A DNA stretch of 64,000 bases, taken from Cenococcum geophilum. Taxonomy: Eukaryota. The notes under the pieces were generated by a model. The model saw only the letters and a list, made by a program, of their open reading frames with translations, did not search any database and was not told the origin of the DNA. Shown in pieces: positions 25,896 to 37,138 of the stretch. The position numbers were made by a program, and so were the translations under genes. The DNA lies in the NCBI GenBank assembly GCA_050273025.1, contig CP158635.1:11594001-11658000 (forward strand), written 5' to 3'. Position 1 is the stretch's first letter; every line of letters starts with the position of its first letter.

Positions 25896-28800
25896 GGCTA
25901 TATAAACTATAGAGAACGACTGAAGCTCTTGCTGCACCTAGCCCAAAAAGACCAAAACCAACCAAAAGAACCCTGAGAAACACCTAGAGAATCCCCCTGA
26001 GATGCATACATCACAGGGGAGGCACACGTCGAGCGACGGTGGTGCGCACCCACGCGCGACCGTCAGATCCACGCCTAGCAATGGCCCTCCACAATAAAGA
26101 CGGGCGAATACCACACCATAAAACGGATATACCTCTATTAAGAAGGCATCTAACAAAATATAAAGCCTATTAGACGCGTCTAGTATGCAGAATTATAGGG
26201 GAGTAACCGTTAGCTATAATAAACTTATACAGCTAGTAGAATGGCTACGCTAGTCTAGCGAACCTTAGGCGCCCCTCTAGTAAACCCTTAATTAAATCCT
26301 CTAACGGCTAAGCTAAATTAAAAATAAATAAAAATCCCCCTTACCGGCGAACCGCACCTGGGCAGCTATAGCCGCGCTTTTATAGTATAGGGAACCTACC
26401 CCCCTTAAAATAACAACTGGGTATATAATTATAATATAACTAAATATAGATAAAGTAAAGGGGCTTAAGGGATAATTAGAAATAGAAGTCCTTATAAAGA
26501 TCTATAAAGAGGTCTATAACGCTATTATAGTCCAATACCTTAAAAGTAGAGATATTAGAGTTACCTTAAAGGACTAATAGGTAAAGGAATAAGCTATAAG
26601 GGTAGGGGATAGGCTAGAAGAATATATTAGCATAAAAGTGCTCTATAAAGATTACTTAGTTAAAGTCCTAGCGGTTCCTATAAGCCTTAGGGTAGAAAAG
26701 AGACGCTAGGTAGATAACACAGTAACTATATAAAAGATAGTAAAATAAACGGAACGCCTTATACCAGGTCTTAAGATTACTTAAATCTAATAGCTTTAAC
26801 AGGAAAATGTAAACTAAGTATATAATAAGAACAATAAGATGACATAAGGGTTGCTAAAAACTCGCTAGGGAGACGCCAGATAAACGTATAGCTCCCTTAT
26901 TATCAGTATATACACACTAAGAATGCAAAAACTTCTTATTTAAAAAGGAATAATTATAAATGGCCTTATATATAATATAAGGCTATATAACTATAGACTA
27001 CGCCTAGAATAATACTACTGCTATATATAATAGGGACACACCTAATCTATATACGCTGTATAGGTATACTGCGGCTATTATATAGGCCCCCACGATATAA
27101 GACATTACTTAAATTAAAACTAAATAAAATACGTAAACTGCCACAGAAGTATATATAAGGCGTAGAAGAGAGAAGATTGTATTAAATATAGGAGACGGAA
27201 GGTAAGGGCTTAACAGCTGCGGGAATAGCTGTATACTAGGTTATATAAATAAAAATAATAGGTAATAAGCCAGAGGGACGCAGGTGTCTTCCTAGCGTTT
27301 CCTACCTTTAATACTAGGGGGCTAGGCTAGCTATCTTAAGCCTTAACGGGCCAAAAGCGACGCCGCGTAATATTACCAGACTAAATAGGAACATAAGGGT
27401 TACAGGGGACACGAGGGAGAGGATGCCTTATAGGAAGACCTCTATAGACAGCTATAGCAAGCTTAAGACTAGGGCAATTAAGAATTAAACTTAACGCGGA
27501 AAATATAACATTCGCAGCTAACCTATAAAGGGTATATAGCTAACTAGTAAAATTAGGGGAAGAACTAGAAATAATAATAGACTTAGATTTAGAAGGGCTA
27601 ATAAAAACATAAAATATGGGAATAAAAAGCTCTATATAAAATAAGTAGTAACTAGGGTGTAGATATAAGAGATAGAAATCCTAAATATTCTAGAGAAAGT
27701 AGAAATAAAAAAAGCGAGGAATAAAGGAAAGGCAAAGGACCCTTGCTAGGGGTCCGCCACCTATCTATTATATAGTATAATTGCGGTAACACAAACTACC
27801 GTCTTATAAGGCCCCTTCTAGACAGTCTAGATCTAGAGAAATACTATATCCTTACTTTATAAGAGCTATACTACAATTCCTATATATAATTAATATACTG
27901 CCCCTAAGGATTCTAGCTCCTATATAAACCAAAAGTAGCTATACGCGTATGCTTTATAATTAGCAAGGCTATTAGCCTATCTTTATAGTTATAGAAAGCA
28001 GTTAACCTAGATATTATAGTAGTAATAATCTAGATATATAGGGGACCGGTATAAATTATTAATATATATAACCCTAGCGTTATAGGGGTCCTATAAATAG
28101 AGAATATTATATTAGTAATAAGCTTATTAGAAACTAAAGGTATAGAGTCTATCCTATTAGGAGATATAAACCTCTACTACCCGCGGTAGGGGGGTATCTA
28201 TATCGCTGCTAATTAACAGGTAGACTACTTACTAAAAGCTATAGACATCTAGGGCCTTAAGCTAGCTACCCCCCTAGAAGCAATTATATGGTAATAAGGC
28301 ACCGCTAGAAGTATAATTAACCTCACACTTATAGACAAAGGCCTATACCAGAGACTTAAAAGATGTAACCCTAAAAAAGAATGGGCACTTACTTTAAACT
28401 ATATCCCTATTTAGATATAACTAGACCTAGATATTAAGGCGCAACTAAATAGTAAAAGATACGCAATAAGGAAGCTTAAGATAGATAGTTTCCTTAATAT
28501 AGTTAAACAATAACTTTAAGACCTAGAAGAAATCCACCTAATTCTAAATAAGCGAGGCTTAGTAGCTACCCCTAAGGAAATCGACTAAAGACTAGAAAGG
28601 ATCCAGGTAGCAATTAAAGATAGGCTAAAAGAGCACTGCCTAATCTCAAAACCAGGCCCCTACGCGCGACACGTATAGTCCGCATAATACGCGGTTCTTA
28701 TTACCAGCTAATAATAAGTAAGAAGGAAATATATAAATAGCCATAACCCTAAAGATAAGAGACGATATAAAGATATAAGAAACCAGTTAAAGAATACCCT

Positions 28801-31462
28801 AAAAAAAAGCAAGGAATAACTAGAGACGGTTTATAAACGAGTATACTTCTAACCTAAGCCTCCCCTATAATAAGAGCCTTTAGGCTATAGCAAAATAGAT
28901 AAAGAAAAAGGCAGAGCGCCTAGTAGAAGACCTATACCTACTACCCCTATAAAGAGTAGGGGAGTTATAGGCCACTAATAACAATAATAAGAAGGTAAAG
29001 ATCCTTATAAAAAGGTTCTTCCCCTAACCAGCTCTAGCAGACCTTAGTAATATCACGGTAAAACACTAGTGACTCGCCTATAGGTCGACAGCGATATAAT
29101 AACAAAGGAAATGGCTAGAACTATTAGCCGCTTCTTAAATAATATAGCACTAGGACTAGATAGGATTTTAAATAAGGCCTTAAAGACCTGTAGACCACTT
29201 ATAGCACCTTAGCTTATAGATATAGCTAGAGCATACTTTACTATAGGCTACTACCTATAACTCGGAAGATCTATAACAACGGTTATCTTATAAAAAGAAG
29301 GTAAAGTAGATTACTTAATCCTAGAAAGCTACCGCCCTATTGCCCTAAAAAACACCCTTAGCAAAATTTTAAAAAAGGTAATAGCGGACCGCATAGCAGA
29401 CACGGCGGAGGAACACGCCCTACTACTATAAAGCTAAATAGGGGCAAGAAAGAACCGCTTAACACTATTAGCACTTACGCTACTTGCTACTACTATTAAA
29501 TCTATATAGGCGATGCGAAGGGACTTTATGGTATTAATGCTTAGCCTAAATATTAGTAGCGCCTATAACAACGTACCCTATAAGCGCCTCCTATATATCC
29601 TTAGGTTAAAGGGCTTCCTAAAATGGATTATTTAATTTATTTAAGGGTTTATAGGCCAGAAAGAAATATTACTGGTCTTTAGCGGATACTAGAGCCCCTA
29701 TATTATAGTTATAACAGGAATACTATAAGGATCTCCCCTCTTGCCTATACTCTTCCTTTTCTTTATAAGCAACCTACTTAGTACTTTTAAGGAAGGGGCG
29801 ACCTAGGGGATAGGCTTCGTTAACGATACAAACCTAATTATATATGGGCTAATAGCTGTAGAGAATTGCAGAGCACTAGAGAAAGCCTATAACACCTATA
29901 TAAAATAGGCAAGACGATATAGAGTCTAATTCTCACTAGAGAAATACTAGCTAATCCACTTTATAAGAAAACGCAACCAATTTACAGATCTCTAGCATAT
30001 AATTTATATTTAAGGCTTTAAGGGCCAACTAGTTTAAGGCCTAAGGGTATTAGGAGTATAGGTAAATAGCAAGCTTTAGTAAAGCGTATATATATTATAA
30101 GCAGCCCGTAAGGGCTAAGTATAGTATACCGTAATATCTAGGATCGTCAATTCTATATGGGGTCTATGCTTTTAGAGGTCACGCCTACTATATATAGCAG
30201 TTATCCGGCCAACTATAATATATAGATCCAGTATTTGGGCCATAGGAGAAACTAAAAAGGGTTCCCCTAAATCACTCCTTAAATTACTTTAAAAGGTATA
30301 AACAGCCTATATCTGGAGTATTATAGGCGAGTATAAGCAAACGGCCACAGTACTACTTAAGAAGGAAGCTAATATCCCCCCCCTATAATTATATATCGAA
30401 GCCGCTGTAATATAAAGGGTATAGAAGGAGCGTAACTCTAATGTTATAAAGTATATTAAGACACGCTTAGAGAAACTATAGAGGGACCCTAGGGTGCCCC
30501 ATAGGAGAACAGCCTAATAACCCTAAAGTAGGGAAGATATATTAGAGAAATAGGTAAAGAAAGTAAAAGAAGAATAGTGCCGCGTTAGGGCCCAGGCTTA
30601 TATAAAGGAGGAAGGGAGACGCGTAAGAGGTTAGTAAAGATAACAGTAAGAGAGAGATAGGAGCTAAAGTAGAGCATAAAAGAATACTAGGAAACTATCT
30701 ACCGCGATATAATACTAGTTAGATTAACACTAGAGAGGCGTATAGGAGTTAAAGGTACAGAAGTTAAATTAGGTAAGAGGAACCTAAGCTATAGTATAGT
30801 TAACGCTATAGGGGGTAAATACCTAAGGGCTCTAAGAAGGCCTAATAAAGGCAGAAAATATAATAGCAACACTCTTAAGAACAGGAATAATAGGACTAAA
30901 AGATTGGCTCTACTGGGTAGGTATCCTAGTAGGTAGCCTAAGATACAAATATAGATGGCCGAGACAGACTCTAAAGCACGTAATACTGCTCTGCCCCTTA
31001 CGCACCAATTAAGAGGCAATGCTCTTAGTAGCTGGCATAGAAAACTATAATACACTACTCTTAACATAGAAAGGTCTTAAGGCGGTCACCTAGTAGCTTA
31101 TTAGCTAAAATGTATTAAACCAGTTCCAGGTTATAAAAGAAATAGTAATAAAAGGCAGAGGGGCGAGTAATAGGTGCCCCCTAATGACTCTACAGTAGTA
31201 GAGTAAAGTTTGCAATACTAGCGCGTCCGTAGGCTTGTTACGGCAGCAGTGGTTCCTAAGGAGGTTAATAAGTAGGGTAGTAGAGCACTATAGGTAACTC
31301 GTAGGCGCCTTATAGGCGAGTCCCTAAAGGCGAGGAGATAGATTACGGGGTTTTCTTAAATGGAGTTTTCTCCCTATATATAAATAAGGAGTAGTCTGCG
31401 TGGGCCTAATAGGGATCTAAATCGGACGTTAAGTAATAAATAATAATAATAATAAATAATAA
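25896..31462 (+). mobile_element. Tad-like LINE, copy 2 (second family), apparently full length
   Basis: 15-bp TSD TATAAAGTCCTAACT at 25881-95 and 31463-77; (AAT)n tail; ORF1 knuckles ~27010-27180; APE motifs *YNCG ~27770 and LGDIN ~28155; RT GFVNDTN ~29813; CCHC ~30943. Confidence 0.95.
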
Positions 31463-32165
31463 TATAAAGTCCTAACTTAAAGAAGCTTAGTATAGAATTA
31501 ACTTTCTTAAGACGCTTAAACTACGTATATAATAATACAAACAGCAAGCCTTTATAAATACTTAGACTATATAAAGTCTAAGCCTTTAGATTACTATACT
31601 TACCTAGACTATTACTAATAAAAACACCGCTACTAGCTGTAACGGAGCCTTATAGTAGGAACTACGGTAGACTCGTTAATGGGCTAGGTATATAGGTATT
31701 GCCGGAAGTTAACAACGTAATAACAACTGGTGGAGTAGTTGCCCAATAAATTAACTCTAATTGTATTCTGAGAATTACTATAAGGAAGGAACTATCTAGG
31801 TAGGGACTAAGGGTCCTTAAATATACAACCGTACTCCTATAAAATCCTTTTTATACGTAATATACGTGTTATATATAAGGTATATAAGTTCCTTTTATTC
31901 CTCTTATTTAATATATAGCACGTTATAAAACCTTAGCTACTATTTCTTATTACATAGTTCCACGGGTTCTATTCTAGACCGTGCTTATATTAACTAACTA
32001 GCTTCTTCCAACTCTTCTCTAAGTAGTCGTAATATTATACTTAAAGCGTCCGTAATACTATCCCCCTCCTCTTTATTTTCGTCCTTAAAGATACCTAGCA
32101 TCTCTAAGTCGTTTACTAGAGGTGTAATATCTATCTAATTAATTTAGTTAACGTTGTTACTTATA

Positions 32166-32847
32166 ATACCTAAAGCTTCTTCTTCTTCACACGCGCAACG
32201 TTATACTTATACTATTGCTATAATACTATTGCTTAGTAAAATAATGCTATCTCCGTGTTCTTGCTGCTCGAAAAAGGGGTTAGTATATATCGCGCTAGCG
32301 AGTCCTTTATCCTAATAACCCTCTTCTTACTCAGAGTACACTAAAGCAAACGTTTAATTATCCTATAACGTTCGCTCTACTTCTAACGCTAAATATATGC
32401 GTCCTATAACTCTTAATAGTCTCTAAGTTCCCTAAGTAATTTGTTATAGAGTCTTGTGTTTAATCCACTACTATAAAGCTTAATAGTAACCTGGCGCAAG
32501 CCCTAACTAAACTTAAGCGTTCTTATAATGCGGAATAGAAGGCCCTAGATACTTATATTACGGCGTCTACTTGTTTACTTTATTTTAAGAAAGTGCGTAA
32601 GAAGGTTTATTTAAAGAAGTAGAAACTTATTTAACAAGGTCTGTAGGAGCTTAATAATAAAAAAACGGATTCTCTTCTAATAGAGAAGGAAACAACTCTA
32701 AGTAGTTCGGCAGTCGCTCTTCCTAGGTCCCCTTTAGGTAACTCGTTCTTTAGTAATTCTTTATTAATATTACTTAACCTTTTTTCTTCTAATACTTCTA
32801 TACCTTTCCTATAGCATTCTTTAGGTTCTCTAGTGGCTCCTAGGTAG
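32166..32847 (+). pseudogene. Antisense Zn(II)2Cys6/coiled-coil ORF of A2 (exons 32166-32394 and 32450-32847; 208 aa)
   Basis: As read: (M)PKASSSSHAQR...SPCSCCSKKGLVYIALASP...SSYSEYTKANV*LSYNVRS. Removing 55 nt ending in TAG restores the frame into the helical region. Confidence 0.72.
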
Positions 32848-34237
32848 TCTTATTATAGCTTATCCACTTTACTTTATACTATATTTCATTGTCTATATCC
32901 TTATAACTAACGATCTTTAAAACTTACTATTCGTCTTCCTCTTACCCTTTATATATATCTGCTTTATAAACTGGTGGCTTAATATTCCTATATACTAGCT
33001 CTAGCATTACAATATGCTGTATAGGGTAGATCTTCATCCTAGCTAGTAGGTTTAACTTAAATATAACTAATGAAATTCTTTATATAATTTCGAAAGGTCC
33101 TAGTCTGACATAGTCTAACTTCTTACTTAGTTATTAACTTTTAAAATTTTTGTATAGTAGCTACACTTTATCCCCCTCCTTAAGATCTAGTCCCTTAGAT
33201 CTCTTAGTATTATAGTACTTTTTTATTCTTTACTATACTACCTTAGCTATTTCTATAAGGTCTATATAAAGATTTATTAAACTCTTTATTCTTTACTTAG
33301 CTATACTACTTATCTTCTTTACTTAACGTAGCGATAATAAGGTCCTTGGCTTATATCCGTAATTCGCCTTAAATAGTAATATGCCTATTCCTTTTTATAG
33401 TGTTATATTGTATATAAACTATATAACTAGTAATAGCGATACCTAATTATTCTATACGTAATTAATATAATACCTTAGATACTGCTCTAGTGTCTAGTTT
33501 AATCTTTCTATTTAACCGTCTATCTGTGGATAATATGCGGTAGAAGTTGCTACTTAAACTTCTTACTCTGCTAAGAATACTTCCTAAAATGCTGCTACGA
33601 ATCTTAGATCTCTATCCGATATAATCTTGCTTAGTGCTCTATATCTTATAAATACTTCTTTAATATAGATTCTAGCGACATCTTCTGCTGATATTTCTTC
33701 TAAACATGCTATGAAGTATCCCCACTTTATAAGCTTATCTATTATTACTAAGATCGCGTTATAATCTTATCCGGTAATAGGGTCTTTTAACTTTAGTAAC
33801 TTAATAATAAAGTCCTATAATATAACCTCCTATAGTCTCTTTAGTATTTCAATAGATTATAGCTCTCTATATAGCTTATACCTCGTTAGTTTATTCCTTT
33901 AGTAATCTAAATATTCTTTTATAACTTACCTAGCTAGTCCCTAGATTCTATTGTGGTGGTGTAGATTGGACGTCGCCTACTGTCTTGGCATTTTTCCTAT
34001 ATTTATAGAGCCTTCGGCTTCCTTCCTTCTTCCCTCTATCATATATACAGATATATCACGACCTTACCAGTTACCAGAAATACACTCTTTTCTTTCTTTC
34101 TTTCTAACTGATTATGACTAACTAACTGACTGACTGACTGACTAACCAACTGACCGACCGACCGACCGACAGACTAACAGACTGACGGCACTGTGACTTT
34201 CCTATCTTAGAGAGGTCGTACCCTCCCACATATTTTA

Positions 34238-34254
34238 TGGCATTCCACGTGGGG
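34238..34254 (+). promoter_or_regulatory. tRNA primer-binding site of E (candidate tRNA-Arg)
   Basis: TGGCATTCCACGTGGGG starts 8 nt after the LTR. Its reverse complement CCCCACGTGGAATG-CCA looks like a tRNA 3' end with discriminator G. The isotype is an inference. Confidence 0.65.
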
Positions 34255-34851
34255 ACGACGGCAAGCTCTTTAGATTAGAAGTCTGGCACTCTATACACAA
34301 CTCTATACACAGGAGACACGCAGGAACATACTACGACTACAGAAGAACCGCCAGCTGCAGAAGAACGACCAGCTGCAGAAGAACCGCCAGCCAGACAGAC
34401 GAGACAGCAGAAGCAGAGAACCAGGCAGTATCGGACAGCAAGGGGAACCAGGCAGTCCCTAAACAGAAAGACAGCGGAAAAGACGGACATTAGACTCGAC
34501 GCACAGGCCAAAGAGTGGCAACGGTCTCGGAAAGTTACGTACAAGGACGTCAAGCGAACCAACGAGCCAATCAGACGACGTCGACTGGCAGTCGGAGTTA
34601 CCCGATATCTCACCACCTGCGCGCGCACGAGCATGGCCAGAGCTTTGTTGAGGATGCAGAGACAACAAGCCAAGAGCCAATCAATCAGATGGAAACGAGA
34701 TCTAAGGCATCTAGCGGCAGAGGAAGTCAGCACTGCCCTTCAGGAACAGAAGAGAGAATACCAGCCAAGGTCGCAAGCACACGAGATCGGATCTGTCCTT
34801 GAAAGCTTCCTATTCTGGCTTAGCTTTATCCTCTTTCGAGTCATCCGGATT

Positions 34852-36951
34852 ATGTCAGCAGCAGCTCTAGAGGCGTTCCGTGAAGAAGTAGATGTAAGTA
34901 AAAGTAAAAGGCTTAGCAGCACCCTACCGCGTGGAACGACGACAGGCCAAAACAGATGGACGTACCGAGACCCGGTGGCAGTAGGTGATGAAGATTCCGT
35001 GCTCTCCCAGGAAGACCCCCCCTCAGGCATCAAGAAGCAGGTGCCTTCCGTTAGGGATATGGCTATACAAGTAGACCAGCCGCAGCATGTACCTATCAAG
35101 GTCCCGCCAGGACAGCCATCTGGGACACCCTCTGTCAAGACCACGGCCATGCAAGCAGACCTACCGCAGCGTTCACCCGTGACACCTAGGACCGATGACC
35201 CTTAGTAGACGAAGGATGAGAGCCGCAAAGACCACCTACAAACTCCCAAGGAAGCTCTAGATGCACGCAATTAGCAGTTAACGGCTTAAAACAAGATCTA
35301 CGTTGTGACCCAGCCTATGCCAGCCCCAGGAACTATTGGAACTCCGTACTTTATAGGACAGGACGTGTCATAGTTTATTGAGCAGTACGAACGACTATGC
35401 GCCCGATATCACGTCACGAGCAAGGAGAAGCACCAGGGTCTTCCTAAGTACTGCGATTACTGGATAGGGATGTAGATCCGAAGCCTGCCTAAATTTACAG
35501 CTGGTGACTGGATAAAGCTTATAAGAAAGCTTAGGGCAGAATACCGAGGAAGCGACTACTTTCGACAAATGGAAATAGTAGAATTCTTAGAGGCCTACGT
35601 ACTATAGTGTAGGAGTAGCCTACCTGGCGTGCGCGAGTACTGTAAGCAGTTTACACTAATCTCCCAAAGGGTTACGGAGGCAGGCAATCTAGGGAACGCT
35701 TAGCGAGGGTACTGGTTTGTAAAAGAACTTCCGCTTAAATATTAAAGATATACTATAGCCAAGACGGGAGCTGATCCCGATAGACAAGAGTCCTTTGACT
35801 TCTATCAGCTATAGAGGGCCGTAGAGGACAGGCTTAGTTTATATAAGGGCGCAGATCGTCTGCCGAAAATAGACCCTAAGGAGCAGAGCCTTCGTTAGCT
35901 GGTTTAACAATTCCGCAATCAGCAGCCGGTTTAAAGGGATAAGATCAACTGTTGGAGGGAAGGAAGACTTCTTAACCTAGCTAGACCAGGTATACGCAGA
36001 GGAGCCCTAATACAGCAGCAGTCACCGATCACAGATCAGGCTACAGTTTAAAGCCCAGTATAAGGATATAAAGACTGGCAGAACAGCACCCGACCTCTAT
36101 AGGACTCTTAACCTCCGTAAGACCCTTAATATCCGCAAGACTATCAATATCCGCGGGATTCTACTGCCTTTGGACGGCCGCAGCGGGACATATGGGGTTA
36201 GCAAGGTACGCGAGGACAAGGCCAACGGACCTGTTCTGGATGCGGAGGAAGTCATCGTTTTACTAAGTTCGAATGCCAAGGCCTAAAGGATCTTATCCAG
36301 TAAGGACTTATACACCTGTCTAATCAAGAAAGGCTAGTAGCGGGGACGCGCGATCGACCTAGACCTGTACTTCCATGGCTCGGCAATGAAGGACGATTGA
36401 AAGGTATTAAGAATTGGCTTCGTACGTACTAAGGAATAGACCTAGATGGGCAGGCATATCAGAAAATAGAAGGATAAGAACAGACGTAGAAATAGGCCCC
36501 TATGGTATAGACGGATTTTACTACTTTCCATAACGGAGTAGTGCTAAAGAATATTAACAAAATGCGTACGAACTGGGAGGACTACTATTAAGTACGGCCC
36601 ACGGACTCAGTAGTAACGCCCAGCCAGCAACGTCCGCAGACTCGCCCGACCCTTAGAGACAGCCGTGTGACCAGGACAGCCATTGACTTGCAGGCTCCGC
36701 AGCAGGTACCGCAGGCTCCGCCGCAGGAGAAGAATGTACGACCGAGAGATTATATCCAGATTAGGTCACGGCCTGCGGATAAGACAGCTGAAGCTAGGAA
36801 GAAGAATGAATTGTCTGATCCTTAGAGATAGTCTTAGAGACAAACGCTTGACCAGCAGGCTCCGCAGCAGGCTCCGCAGCAGGTGTAGGATGTTTGACTA
36901 AGGGACAGTCAAGTTCTAAGGTGGGGGAGGGGATGCAGGTGACGGCCGTAT
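34852..36951 (+). pseudogene. gag: gag of element E
   Basis: MSAAALE... continues through RIP stops to MPAPGTIGTPYFIGQDVS*FIEQYERLC...GLPKYC...DWIKL; variant knuckle CSGCGGSHRFTKFEC ~36232. The end is approximate. Confidence 0.75.
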
Positions 36952-37095
36952 AAAAGATTTCTATTTATCTGCTTAATTACAGTATTTCCTAAAGCTCCTT
37001 TTCTTGTTTATTTTCTTAATTACAGCGCGTCGAGACACGTCAGTCGCGACGACCTACCGCAAAGATGTCAGTTTAGCTCACCGCCTGTTACCGAG

Positions 37096-37138
37096 CCAAT
37101 AGCGATTTTCCATCCCGGGGATGGAAAATCCTGATTGG
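37096..37138. other. Conserved hairpin/palindrome shared with the Copia D elements
   Basis: CCAATAGC-GATTTTCCATCC-CGG-GGATGGAAAATC-CTGATTGG; copies at 47930-47972 and, reversed, at 63669-63711. Confidence 0.9.

Noticed and set aside
32166..32847. Zn-cluster ORF as an independent host transcription factor gene
   Set aside because: It lies at the same internal position in four element copies and overlaps pol, so it is part of the element.
34105..34190. (GACT)n(GACC)n microsatellite
   Set aside because: It is part of the E LTR and recurs at ~40305-40385, so it is not a separate feature.
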